NCBI GenBank assembly: GCA_013265495.1
Contig: MU058781.1
Coordinates: 3,473,050 to 3,537,049 of the forward strand
Length of the DNA: 64,000 nt
Origin: Vicugna vicugna
Lineage: Eukaryota
Direction of reading: 5' to 3'
Shown here: piece after piece, positions 37,388-50,065 of the stretch
How the letters are laid out: each line of letters opens with the position of its first letter
Numbering within the stretch: the stretch's first letter is position 1
Program-made: the position numbers and the translations under genes
The notes under the pieces: generated by a model
Databases searched by the model: none
Seen by the model: the letters and a program-made list of their open reading frames with translations, nothing else
What the model was told of the DNA's origin: nothing

Positions 37388-38559
37388 GTTTCATTCGTGG
37401 AGAGACAATAGGGAGTGGAAATAAATGAGCCTAGAAACAAAGAAGAATTGAGGAAATTTTTAAATGATTTTCTCCAACTTTTCCATAAATCTCATATACT
37501 ATGATAAACGGTATGTTCTCGCAGAAGATTCAATATTAAATCTTCCCTTTTATATAACTCTACCACCATCTTGCCTGTGCACCTTGGCCAAAACCAAAAC
37601 ATAAAAACCAAGTCCTCTGAGCTGCTAAAATAGATGGGCAAGGTTCATGCTTTAGGGCTCCAACTTGACTGAGGAGGGCACCTCGCACAATGAAATACTC
37701 TGCAGCCATTGTACATGTTCAAAGAAAAAAGCAAATCAGGAAGACAGACAAAATGCCATGCAAAAGGGTACATACACAATGATTGCTTTTGTTTTAAATA
37801 TGATGCATTTTTAAAATTAAGACTATTTGGAAATACTAACAATGGTTATGTTTAGGTAGCAGAATTCCAGCTCTCTTGCTTAGCTGTAGCTTTCTACAGT
37901 GGGCATTTCGAAAATGGGTAAAACAAAAATTAAGTTATAAAAGAAGTTCAAAAAAATCCGCAAGTTCCTCAGTTTTCCTTCAAGCACAGTCCTACCAAAT
38001 GTAATGGTCAAAATTCAAAACCCACAGATTAAGCATTAAATTAATTATAAATTAGAAGAGGGGCAGGAATGTTTCCGGTTGACAAGGGATGCTGCAGAGT
38101 CAGAGACAATAACGACTTAAAATCTGGCATTAGAATTCAGAAAGTTTGGTGGTTTCAGTTTCTTTCACAATAACCTACAGTAGACTAATGGCAAGTCGTC
38201 AGGAAAAGGTAAAGTTAGGTTTGTGTTTTAACAACAGAATGGATATAAAGCACTTTCCAAGAAGTACTGTCCTGCCCGATCCAAATGCTTAAAGCGTCAG
38301 TGTGAACAGAGTATAAGACTCAGGTTTTAGAAATTCTGAGCTGTCCCCAGGGACCAAGGGGGCGTTCTAGACAGCCAAGGTCTTCCTTATTGACAAGGAC
38401 CGGCTCGGGCACAAGAAAGAATAGGATTCGTTTCCGCTGAAGAATTCTAAAGGGTTTTCAGGCTTTTAGGACCAAATTAAAAACAAAACAAAAAAACAGA
38501 ATTCCAAAGCATTAAGAAGCTAAATAAGTAGGGATTTTATTTAAAAGAGGCATCCAAAC

Positions 38560-39200
38560 AGCTGCGAGACGTTACGGCGGCTGCCGCCTAAGGACACCAT
38601 CCTCGAATTGCAACGCAACGGCAAACGCGTCCTCACGGGAGGAAATGTTTCCTTCCTGCCCATGGACGCCCACCTGACGGGAAAAGTACACACACCCTGG
38701 TCCAACACCCCAGGTTCCACTCTCCCTGTTATGCTTCACCTCCAATAGTGGAAACCACACCCGGGTTGAGACTAAGTGGTCCGGGGAGGCAGCGGAAACC
38801 AGGCCCAGCGCGCTGACCAGCCGGCGGGCGGGCGGCGACGACGGGGCCGCCCAGGTCCCGGGGACCAGAGCGCCAGAGGCCGGCCAGCGGGACGGAGGGA
38901 GACGGCGCAACACCCGCGCACGCGCGCGGGGACACGACAACCCGCCGCCGCCGGACGTGACGTCAGCTCCCGCCCCAGGGGCGGGGCCGAGTGCTCGTGC
39001 GTCAGAGCTTGCGCAGTCTCCACCCACACCGTGCGGCCGAGGGCTTCGGTCGCAGACGCGAGAAGGAGGGGCGTGCACCCGGCGCGGGCGGAGCAAGCTC
39101 CTCTCCCACGACAGCGTTCCCCGCATCCACCCCACTCTGGGTCTGGAGAACCTCGCGAGCTACCTTACTACCGCTGTCCTGGCGGTGAATGCCGGGATGC
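38560..39200 (-). promoter_or_regulatory. TBC1D7: CpG-island promoter of TBC1D7
   Basis: The densest CpG cluster in the window. It has a palindromic CRE TGACGTCA (38958-38965), GC boxes (38969-38987), an NRF1-like gcgcacgcgc near 38916, and a CTCGCGAG core (39152-39159). Confidence 0.9.
38674..38950 (-). other. TBC1D7: Probable non-coding exon 1 of TBC1D7
   Basis: CAG|GTGGGC donor at 38674/38673 inside the CpG island. The TSS is inferred just downstream of the CRE and GC boxes. An alternative donor (gtgagg) lies near 38636. Confidence 0.45.
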
Positions 39201-40076
39201 TCTCCCCAACCCTGCCATGCTGGTGACCTCAGAGCCCCCAAACAGTGCTCCTCAAGCTGTCTGCTGACCCCTGCTTTGTTTCACTTCCTTTTTCCCGGTG
39301 TGTGGAAATAAATGACCAACCAAATGGAAAGTGTAAAGGCACCTTACTGAGAACTTGCTGCACAAGAGGCAGCCCCACGCTCACGTGGATTTTGGCAGAA
39401 ACTCAAAGGCAGGCAGAGGAGGGAAAGGGTTGATAGTGGGAAAAAGGAAAGGTTTCGGGTGTGCCCTGTTGGAGACTGCTGGCATGGGGAAGGTGTAGGC
39501 AGACTAGAAGCGGGCGTCCCATGTGGTCCGTTAGCCACGTTTGACTTTCTCTGGTTGTACTTTAATTTGGAAGCAGAGACAAAAGTTCAGTTAATAATCA
39601 AGTCCTGTCCATTAATCGAGTCCAGGCCAATAACTACTGTTACAGTAGTTATTGTTCAGCTTCCTGGGTTGTTACTAAAGCTAGCAGTCAGGCTCCCTGC
39701 AAGTCTGACTTACAGTAGGCTGGCTTTTGTAGATGAGGGTTTGGTTTTCTAGGCGGGTTGCGACAGGTTGTGGGGCAGTCCTGTTTTTACATATGGTCCA
39801 ACCTCTGTCTGTATACTCCGCCTCTCAAGTAAAACACTATAAAAAAATAAGGCACTGTAAAACTAAAAACGAAGTTCTAAAACAAAATATACTAAACACA
39901 AGCCCCAACTTACTAGGTTCAGCAGTCGAAATTACTCTTTAAACGAGCTATTAAAGTTTATAAACACTTTGCGTTTCCCCACTGACCTTGTAACAGACCA
40001 GCACTGGTTCCAGAGACATCCCTGTGAGCAGCACTGCCAGAGCAGGTTTTTTAAACCCGTTGGGTTTGAGAAGAAC

Positions 40077-40528
40077 TGTTCCTGAACCAGATTCACTTTG
40101 CCCAACGCGCGGCAAGCCAAACGCTGAGACACCAAAGTTTGCAGCAAAGAGAGGGAGAGCAAGCCTCAAACCTGGTTCGCCGAGACAAGAGGCTTAGGTA
40201 CTTACGGGATGAAAAATAAAGAAGCAGGGCGGTCCGAGGCGTGGGGAGCGTGGAGAGACGTGATTGGGAGAAGGTGCGGTAATAGTCATTCTGCGCAGGT
40301 GTTAACTAAGCTACACTTTTAATCGCGCATGCCCAATTGGATGGTCAGTGGTCCCATCCAGTCTTAACCAGCTCAGCTCTAACTAGACACAGCTGACTCT
40401 AAAATTCCTGCAAAACACTTCCAGCAAACAGCTTATTGTTTAGGCCATGGGCCACTTGGAGGAAAAGCAAGCCTTAAAACGATCTTGATTAGTGAAGGCA
40501 CATGAAATGGTCTTGATCTACGGTTTCA
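40077..40528. mobile_element. Probable solo ERV LTR about 1.1 kb upstream of the TBC1D7 promoter
   Basis: TG...CA ends (tgttcctgaacc ... ggtttca) with near-identical 4-bp flanks gaac/gtac. The caagccaaacgctgagacacc..tttgcagca text resembles laurasiatherian ERV1 LTRs. Confidence 0.5.
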
Positions 40529-41674
40529 GTACCATCTCAAAAGAAATAAGTTCAGTGATAGGAGCTGCTTCCTTAAGAGCCCAAATCTGTACAAAACAGA
40601 GTACAGAGGGACCAAGCTCTAGAGGGAATCTTAGGAATCAACAATACAAAAGTCAGTGCAGTTACAGAGTCAGTAAGCTTGTGGTGTAGTGGCTCCTCAG
40701 AACTTTAAAGCAGTGTGTGATAGTTGAACTCAAACATTTATGCTCCTCCAACCCCCTACCATCACCGTCTTTAACTCTGCAGTACTGGGGTACTAAGCCT
40801 TGCTTAAGCAGTATTTCTGCACGTTAGCAAGCAGCATTCTTCAAGTTTTAACTTTCAAGAATTCCACTTAGTTTATCTAAACCTTGGACCAGTCAATAAC
40901 TTGGACCAGTCACTAACGTTTACAGTCTTCTTTTTCTCACCTCTAAAAGAGAGCTAATGGTGGTGATGCTATCATAGAAGTTATCAGAAGGGTTAAAGGA
41001 GAAAGTACGTCAAGTGCTTGGCCCAGTGCCTGGCACTGGCACAGTGAGGATGTATTCAAATTGGCTGCTATTAGCTAAATGGTGACAGAAGATGGTTGCC
41101 TTTAACCTTCATCCACTGTGCTTTTGGATGAGCTGATAAACCGAATATTTTGGAAGCTCCTATAGAAAATAAGTCTCTTGGAGACTAGTCTTAACACTGC
41201 AGCCAGAGTGACCCTTTGGAAAGGTCCTTCTGCTCAAAGTCCTGCAGTAACTCCCCAGTTCACTTCATTTGAGTGTATACCTTGCTGGCATCTCTCCTTA
41301 CTCCCTTGTAACCCGACTGCCCTCTGGTGGTTAGTTATTCTTACTAAATTATGGGAATAATTACACTGCTGGTCAAACAATCAAAATTTCAAGGTTGAAA
41401 GGGACTCAAATTTCAGCCAGTTCCATTCAGTGTGGTGGGCCTGAGAGCTAGACCTCAGGGTATGAAAACAGCAGAAAGTGTTTAGAGATGGCATTGCGTC
41501 TTTTTAAATTCACCTGTAGTAGGATAGTAATGATCAAATACCATCAACCTCAGCCCCTTGGCCCTTTTTTAAGAGGTAAGGAAATGGAGGCCCAGTGAGG
41601 TCCTAGCTCTAAGGCAACTGTCTTCATTTTCAGTAGCATCTAAAATAAACATAGTTTAAAAAAAATCCAGTACA

Positions 41675-41738
41675 TTGCAAGACTGGGACCTTGTGCTGTA
41701 CACCAGAAGTTGACACATTGTAATGGACTGTACTTCAA
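41675..41738 (+). mobile_element. Very short camelid-type L1 3' end with TSD
   Basis: gactgggaccttgtgctgtacaccagaagttgacacattgtaatggactgtacttcaa is homologous to about 53437-53499. Flanks are aaaaaaatccagtaca and aaaaaaatccaataca. Confidence 0.8.
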
Positions 41739-42744
41739 TTTAAAAAAATCCAATACAGCATGATGGGGGGTTGCTATATAAATTAAAGTAATTGACAAAT
41801 CAACTCACATCTCCAAAACATCTAAAGAGGGACAAATCTGGATGGTCGTAGAGGCTCATTTTCTCCTTCATTTTGGTCATTTGACAGAGAACTGGTTGGT
41901 TCCGCAGGTCTGGGCTGGCTAATCACATAGACAGATACCAGCTGCAGGACTCGAGTCCCCCCTTTCTAATCAGCAAGCTTCCCTTAGTGTCATAGCCATT
42001 CTGTGCTTCACCCCACCCCGACCCCATCACTGTAATTATGTAAAGAATCGGGCACAGGGGCTCCCCTTGATTGCAGCGTCAGCTGCAGTGCATGTAGACC
42101 CTCTGGGTCTGGTCTAAGCCGTGGAATAGATTTGAAGGACTGTGTACACTTGACTGTTTCCTATTTGTAAAATCTTCCTCTAATAAAGCCTACCTTATAC
42201 TTGCGTCATTTTACAGTAGTGATGGCCCTTGTTGAGGATTTATAACTGTTAGAGGGAGGAGACGTTACTTTACCTGTCAAAACCGGGAGCATATGTATCA
42301 GGTGGATGTGATTATAGACTTCCAATACTGTCCTGGTATATGGAAACCCCGGTCGGAGGTCGCAGGGTGCCTTGTACATATGGGGTCATTTAACAAATAA
42401 TGAAATCCATTAGCCATCAGTAATTATTTGGCCTTCACCATGTCTTATATTTTGCATGAATCTTTGGCCCTTCAAGTGTCAAGATGGCACATAAAGTCAG
42501 CAGGGTAAAAATAAAAACTGCATTTCAGTTTCAGCGAAACTAGAAAAATATATGTATAAAGTAGAAGTTTCCAAAAGCAGTGGAGATCAAGCAGGGCACA
42601 TGTCGGAGAAAGTAGAGACTCCAAAGACGCAGATCTCAGAGCTAGCAGTACACACTTCCCAAAGGCGTTTTTATCAGGAACAGATGTTAGAATTTGCCAC
42701 ATGAGTTTTCAGTACATGTGGGGATAATTACACAGGTTTTCATA

Positions 42745-44790
42745 CATGCTTTTTTTAACATGGTGAGTTACATTAATTGACTTTCAAAGGTAAACAAATT
42801 GTGCATTCCTGGGATAAACTCTGCTTGATCATGATGTATTGTTTTTACATATCGTTGGATTTGATTTACTAGAATTTCATGTATAAATTTTGCATCTAAT
42901 TTCACGAGGGATAAGATTCTTTAGTTTTTTTTTTCTTGTAAAATCTTTATTCGGTTTTAATATCAGGCTAATGCTGACCTCATAGAACAAGTCGGGACGT
43001 GTTCCTTCTTCCTCTTCTATTTTTTTGGGACAGTTTGTGTAGAACTGGTGTTATTTCTTCCTTGAATGTCTGGTAGGATACCATCTGGGCTTCGAGGTTT
43101 CTTTGTGAGACAGTTTTAAACTATATATGCAATGTCTTTAAAAGATAGAGGGCTATTCAGGACACCTGTTTCTTCTTGATTGAGCTTTGGTAGTTTAGGT
43201 CTTTCTAGAAATTTCTCCATTTCATTTAGGTTTTGAAATTTATTGCAATAAAGGTTTTTTTGCCATGGGCTGTTTAACCCTTTATATATATTTTTTTATT
43301 GAAGTGTAGTCAGTTTACAATGTGTCAATTTCTGGTGTACAGCACAATACTTCAGTCATGTAGGAACATATATATATATTTGTTTTCATATTCTTTTTCA
43401 CCGTAAGTTACTACAAGATAGCGAATATAGTTCCCTGTGCTATGCAGTATAAACTTGTTACTTACCTATTTTATGTATATTAGTTAGTATCTGCAAATCT
43501 AGAATTTCCATAAAGTTTTTCGTAATGTACCCTTGGTACATGTAACTGGACTTGTTTTGTGACCTAACATATGATTTATGTCTGTTCGGTCCATCTGGTC
43601 TAAGGTGTAGTTCAAGTCCAGTGGTTCCTTACAGACTGGCTATAGGTTCTAACCATTGTTGAAAGTAGAATATTGAAGTCTCTTATTATTATTGTATTGC
43701 TGTCTATTTTTTCCTTCAAATCTGTTAGTATTTGCTTAATATATATGTAAGTTCACTGGTGTTGGGTACATATATATTTACAATTGTTGTGTTGCCATGA
43801 GGAATGACCTCTATCATTATATAATGATCTTCGTAATTTTCATCTCTAGAATATCAACTGCGGTCTTTTATATATCCTCCATGCTTCTACTGAACTTTTT
43901 AATTTAAGGAATAGGGTTATAATAACTGTTTTAATGTTCTTGTCTGGTCATTTTAATGTCTGTCAGTTCTGGGTCAGTTTCAGTTGATCAATTTTTCTTT
44001 CCATTATGGGTCATATTTTCTCCCTTCTTTACATGCCCGGTAATGTATTGGATGCCAGACTTTGTCAATTGTAACATTTTGGGTGCTGCATATAACTGCA
44101 TCCCTGTAAATATTCTTGAGCTTTGTTCTGGAATGAAGTTTAGTGCCTGGGAAACAGTTTGATCCCTCTGGATCTTGCTTTTAAGATTTGCTAGGTGAAA
44201 CCAGAGGCATGGGTACTCTAGGGCTAATTATTTCCCACTACTGAGGCAAGAGCCTTCTGAGTCCTCTACCTGACGCTCCGTGAATTGTGAGGCTTCCCAG
44301 TCTGGCTGGTGGGAAGAGGCACTAATGTCCTCAACCCAGTGGACACAGTTCTCTCTCTTTTGGGGTGGTTCTTTCCCCAAACTCGGGTTGTTTCCTCTCA
44401 TGCATGCACTGCTCAGGACTCTGCGGAAAACTTGAGGGGGGTCTTCTATAGATCTCTGAATCTGCTCTCTGCTCTCCTCTGCAATACTCTGTCCTGTGAA
44501 CTCTAGCCATCTTGGGTCCCCAGTCTCTCAGCTCTGTCCTCAATGTAAGGAGTCCACCAGGCTCCTCGTGGGCTCCCCTTCCCTGCACCACGGCTTGGAA
44601 ACTCTCTCAAGGCAGTAAGCCAGGTTAACTGTAGGACCTGCCTCCTTTGTTTCCTGCCTTTCAGGGAATCAGTGTCCTTTGTTGCCTGATATCCTGTGTC
44701 TTGAAAACCATTGTTTCATACATTTTGTCCAGTTTTTTGGTTGTTTCAGATAGGAGATAAACCTGTCATTTTTAGTCTACATCTTGGTTG
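42745..44790 (-). mobile_element. Old L1 fragments with a nested younger L1 3' end (about 43290-43505)
   Basis: Antisense ORF2-like text (gcattcctgggataaact..ttgatcatgatgtatt; ttttgtgacctaacatatgat). The nested piece ttattgaagtgtagtcagtttacaatgtgtcaatttctggtgtacagca is the reverse complement of the L1 3' end at 53.4 kb. Confidence 0.75.
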
Positions 44791-46181
44791 GAGGCAAAGA
44801 GCCAAAAGTATTTTTAATTTCATCATAATTTTCTTTATGAATTTCCCAAATTTCAACAAAATGTTTTATCAGAATAATAACTTAAGTCTACCCAAATAAC
44901 AATGCATTTGTTCGGGGTGACCTGAGTAACACATAAGAAATGCGATAGAAATTGAGGCACTGTTTCCTGGAGTGTTAAGAGAAGACACTGGAGGGAATAG
45001 CATTTGAGCTGAGTTAGTAAAGAATTTTTGAAGAAATGAGGGTATTTTTGACAAAAGAAACAGCATCCGCTAAACCACAAAGGAAATGATCATGGGTATA
45101 TGGAGATGGGAGTTGGCCTGTGGCAGCCGTGTGGGCATCACACAAGATAAGACGAGAGCAAGAAGGGTCAGATGGAGGAGGACAAAGGAGCGCGGACCAA
45201 GTGTGGGCAGTGGAGACGTGACTCGGATCAAGAAGATGTTATAACCACGGGTCTCAAAGACCTGTAAAGGGGAGAGACTTGGAGGCGGGGGGGGGGGCCC
45301 TGTGGAGGTGCAGAGGGAAGGAAGGATGAGTTTGGGCAGCGGAGAAGATGTGGGAGGTCACAGCTAACTTGGCACTCAAGACTGGACCTCTGGAGTATTG
45401 GGGCATGAAACATCAAAATGAGGACATCAGCAAAGAGCAGGTTTGAGAGCTGGCCACATTGGATTGCAAATAGGCTGAGCTTGAGGTAACACATAATATA
45501 CATTTGATGGCAAAATCCAAAAGCAGCTATAGATGGTCTGCCCATGTGAAAATGCAAAGCTATGATGTGGAAGGCGAAGAACAAATTCTAGGACATTTCA
45601 TTAAATTCTGAACACAGTACAAATTGATAATCCCCTCCATTTGCTGGGAGATGTTGCCAGGCTGCCGCGGGAGAAACACTGCCCGGCGTCATTCCCGACA
45701 GAAGCAGCAGAGGGCAGCAACGGTAGGCGGCTGGGACGTTCCTCACACTGAGCTTCAAGCCAAAGGGGTGCTGGGATTCTGCCTCCACCAAGATCTAGCA
45801 GGTACATCCAGATGCTGGGGAAGGGAAGGTGGACCCTGGCTTGTCAGATAAACCGCAGATCCATCTTCTTGCAAATGGAAATGTGAGCAAGGGAACAAAG
45901 ACCTCTTCATTCCCTCAGGTAAAAAGATTAACAGCTAAATTTACCAAGTGCCTTCTGTTCGAAGAGCTGTATGCATTCTATGCCTTTTAACTGTCTTAAC
46001 AACCCGAAGCAGTTGGTGTTATTATTACCATCCACATGTTACAGGAAATGAGTTCAAGTGGATGGAACTTGTAAATGATCGATATCTTGCTCCAGAGTCC
46101 ATATACTCAACCTACATTGTATTACCTCTCTAGGGAGTGGTATTGTTATTGGTGTGTGTGGGGGTGTGGGTGTGTGTGTGG

Positions 46182-46518
46182 GTGTGTGTGTGGCGCATAA
46201 ATTTTTTGTTAGTTGTTTAGATTTAGGGTAAGATGGAGAACTTGTAGGCATTTTGATCTTTCCTATAAACCAAAACACTGTAAGGCAGAAACAAGATACT
46301 TTGGTTTGCTGGAACAAAGTTGCTTTAAAGTGTGGTCCTCTGTCTAGTGAGTGTGTGTGTCGCATAAAGAGTTTTTGTTAGTTGTTTAGATTTAGGGTAA
46401 GATGGAGAACTTGTAGGCATTTTGATCTTTCCTATAAACCAAAACACTGTAAGGCAGAAACAAGATACTTTGGTTTGCTGGAACAAAGTTGCTTTAAAGT
46501 GTGGTCCTCTGTCTAGTG
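46182..46518. repeat. Tandem duplication, period 169 bp, starting in a (TG)n microsatellite
   Basis: 46203-46349 and 46372-46518 are identical over 147 bp by eye. Confidence 0.95.
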
Positions 46519-46796
46519 TTTGTCCATGGACTGTGCATGATGGGTCTGCAACCTGGTAAGTACAGAAGTTCAGAGCACACAGTCAGACACTCCGATAGCA
46601 ATTTGACAGAGTAGTTTTATGCCTGTTGCATCTAATAATCAAGACTGGGGACTTACACATCTATGTCTTTTTTATTTCATTTTCTAGTCATTCATCTTTA
46701 TTATATTTGAGAAAAGTTAAGTCCAGAACAGAGTGGAATTTTTTTTTTTTATCAAGAAAGCTGGTTCTTTGCCACAAGATTGCTTGAGAAGCCCTG
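46485..46796. mobile_element. hAT-Charlie DNA transposon remnant (Charlie4-like)
   Basis: aaagtgtggtcc...taagtacagaa...atagcaatttgacagagtagttttatg...tttgagaagccctg-like terminus. Confidence 0.5.
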
Positions 46797-47046
46797 CAGT
46801 GGAATTCATAACAGAGATGTAAAAGTCTGTAGGATTTTAGATCTGTTCCTTTAACAGGGAAAATGAGCACCCAGCACAATGATTAAAACATGGAGGAGCT
46901 ACTCCTGTAAATCCTCCAACAGCTCCACTGATGGTCGTGATTATAATATAATGAAGAGGGAGGTGGCAGCGGAGGAGGGAGCAGTGGGAAGAAGATGAAG
47001 AGGGGGAGAAAGAGGAAGGAGAAATCTTGATAAGACTTAAGGAACA

Positions 47047-47137
47047 CGGAGAGGTGGGTGTAGCTCAGTGGTAGAGTGCATGCTTAGCATGCACAAGGTC
47101 CTAGGTTCAATCTCCAGTGCCTCTGTTTAAAAAAAAA
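47047..47137 (+). mobile_element. tRNA-Ala-derived SINE (camelid Vic-1 type) with A tail and 15-bp TSD
   Basis: gggtgtagctcagtggtagagtgcatgcttagcatgcacaaggtcctaggttcaatctccagtgcctc carries A and B boxes and an AGC anticodon loop. Perfect TSD aagacttaaggaaca at 47032-47046 and 47138-47152. Confidence 0.9.
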
Positions 47138-49506
47138 AAGACTTAAGGAACAGGAACCTTTTTCACTTCTTAGCTTTGGGCCAAATCACTGCAATGAATA
47201 CAGGAAAAGCACAAAATAATGAAGAAACAGATGGCATACGGAGTAATTTCATTTAACACCGGCCCTTAGGAATTTCTGATGCATCTTTTGCACATACATT
47301 TGATACAGCAAAGGATCCCAAGATCCATGTAATAAACCAGGCTTCCACACTGATTTGTTCCTAGTCATTTATGATGAAAAAATACCTGATTCTCAGTTGG
47401 AAAATGAGCCCTTGGCCTTCCTCCAGCTTTGGCATCAAAAAGTTGCTATTTAGGAGTGTGGGCGTCAGGGTGGGGAAAGTTCTAGGAGAAGTGGCATTTC
47501 CCATAGGAAAATCAAAAAACAAAAAAGTACTTGTCAAGGCATATGTAAAATTTTTAAATGTGGAATGGGGTTTGCTAGAGTAAAAGAAGAAAAAATGCAA
47601 TGTTCTTTGTTCACTTTCAGGCATTTTCCTTCTTTGAGAAAATAAAGGGGAAAATGCGCAGCTCTGCCTTGATACAGGAGCAGCTGCCTCGCACTGCGCA
47701 AACACAGAGTAGATGTCCATCCATCCAATACGATTTGCCAACAAGTGTTGCCCGGTTCCCCCCACATCTTCCCGCCCCTGCTCCTGCTCTGCTTTAAATG
47801 CCACTTTGTTGACTTAAGACTCTCTCTGCTGTTAGAAAGCAAGGAACCCTGGAAGGATCCAGACTTTCAACCAAATTGATCATTTGTGTCCGAGAGCATG
47901 TGAGTTTATCAGATTCTCTCCAGAGAATGTGATTTGATAGGAGAGTAGTTGAGACTGGAGGTGGCTGCAAGCCTTCATTCTTCTTCCACAAGTGTTTTGA
48001 GTCCCCACTGTGTGCCAAATACTGGGAATGCACATCCCTACTCTCAAGAAGAAGCTCGAAGTCTACAGAAAGAGACACAGATGAATCCCCAAAACCACAC
48101 AGATATCTGGTGCTGTAATGCATGTACGAGGTGGCGTCTAGGAGTCAGAGGAGAATTCATGCAGACTGGGAGGGGTCATAGAAAATGAGGAAATGGGGGC
48201 TTTGCTCTAAGAGCCACGGGAAGGCACTGAAGAATAACGCATATAGAAAGAGGAGCCCAAGCCCTGTGATCCAGGATGAGGTCAGGCTGTTCTGATTTGG
48301 CTCCATCTGAGCCTATTAAGACCGATTAAGAGCAGTTTACTTTGGAAAATTACATTGGACTTCCATCCCTTGATAATTCAGCTCAAAACCAATGTTTAAT
48401 TCAAGTTCAAGGCAGGTTTCGCTCCCTCCAAATTAGTAATTGTCGTTTTCAAGACATCAAACTTTCTGGCCAAAAGGCACAGATGCATTCTGGCTCCTTG
48501 ATTTACTGGTTGGGCATAGTACTTAACTTCCCAATGTCTTCTGTAAGATGGGGAGAGTGGGACTATGTGCTTCACGGTGTTATCATGAGAATTAAATAAA
48601 AGGAACATGTCGAGCGCTTAAGTGTACCATGATTACCTGCCATTGCTCAAGAGTGACATCCATGCCCAGTAGTTTGATGAACTGAGGGATGGTGGGAGGG
48701 ACTGCGTCTCTGACTCTGTGGATAAGACAGTCCCAGAATTTGGAAAGAGAGGGTTGGAAGTAAGGAGCTGCATGTGGACACCCAGGTGGATCCTCAGGAA
48801 GGCTGAAGCCATTGAGATGTGCCCCAGACTAGAAGCAGGCCCTTAGGGAGGGCCTTCGGTACAACACAAGCTTTTAGCAGGAAGAGAGAGTAACTTTTTG
48901 CTGGTCAGGAGCTGGTAGGAAGCGTGGTCACTGGTGCCTCCTCTGTTGAGGACACACACCAGCTGTTCACTTTTCCACTAATGTTTACTGAGTTCCTACT
49001 ATGTTCAAGGCACTTTTCTAAGGGCTTGGGGCATGTCCATATAAATACAGAAAAAGATAAACATATAGTAGATGAAAAGCAAAATATCCCTCCCATGGAG
49101 TGGGGTAAATGGATGAAAAACAATATATATAACAAATAAGTAAATTTGGGGGAAAGGAGAAAAGTTAGACGAGGGTCACGGTGGTTGGGGTCTTGGGGGT
49201 GAGACTGCATACGTCTTTAATTGAAAAATGACAAGGAGGCCGGTGTGCTTGGACTGCAGTGACAGAGGGGCCGAGCTATTACAGCGGTAGGCAGAAAGGT
49301 TTATGGTGGGTGGCAGGATCACACTGGTAACTGCAAGAACTTTAGCCTTTTCTGGAGTGAAATGGGGAGTTCTGAGCAGAGAAGTGACATGATCTGACTC
49401 ATATTTTAAAAGAACCACATTTGTTGCTATGTTGCCAACAGACTTCAGAGGGACACATGGAGAAACAGATACCTGTTAAGAGCCAAGGCAGAAATCCAAG
49501 CCAGGG

Positions 49507-50065
49507 ATGGTATTAAGCACGTTTGCAACTTCTGTAAACGTGATGTTTTAACATCTGTCCCACATGTACAAGCCGGACATGCCTCATTCTGGAGGACCTC
49601 AACATGCCGGGGTCCCCACGTGTCTCCTGCCTCCCTCGCTGGCCCCCTTCTTGGGAGGAGTCCCCCTCCAGGAGCTTGCTTTTCAAATGCAAACCAACCA
49701 ATCCAGAGTCCACACCCGCAAGCACCTCCCTTATCAGCTCTCACACTCTGGGCCTCGATTCCCCTGCCCTAATCCTCCCAGGGCCACACACCAGACACCT
49801 AGGGACAGCCCCTGTGCCCAGAGTCCACTGGAAGTATTCGAACCAGCCAATCCTAAGCCTCCTTTCCCTGCCTCATCTCTGCTTTCCAAGGGAAGCCACA
49901 GCAAACGCTCTTGCCCACAATTCCCCTCTCTCGCTGCCTCTTGATGACCCTGGTGCTTCCCCGGGTGCCCCCCCCCACAGGGCAGCATGCCCCCCTCCTC
50001 TTAGGAACTATGAGTCAAACAGTCTTTTCAATGGCAGTCATCTCCTGATCTTGTGGCCTTATTAG
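49507..50065 (+). mobile_element. ERVL LTR (MER74-like)
   Basis: caaaccaaccaatccagagtccacaccc...ccctgccctaatcctcccagggcc...ctagggacagcccctgtgcccagag...agccaatcctaagcct. Confidence 0.65.

Noticed and set aside
38572..39267. Overlapping 160-190 aa ORFs on both strands
   Set aside because: Stop-codon depletion in a CpG island; low-complexity R/G/P/A translations.
41900..42290. Possible additional old LTR (contains AATAAA near 42182)
   Set aside because: Termini and family could not be identified with confidence.
47055..47125. Functional tRNA-Ala gene
   Set aside because: A tail, 15-bp TSD, stem mismatches and no separate Pol III terminator context indicate a SINE.
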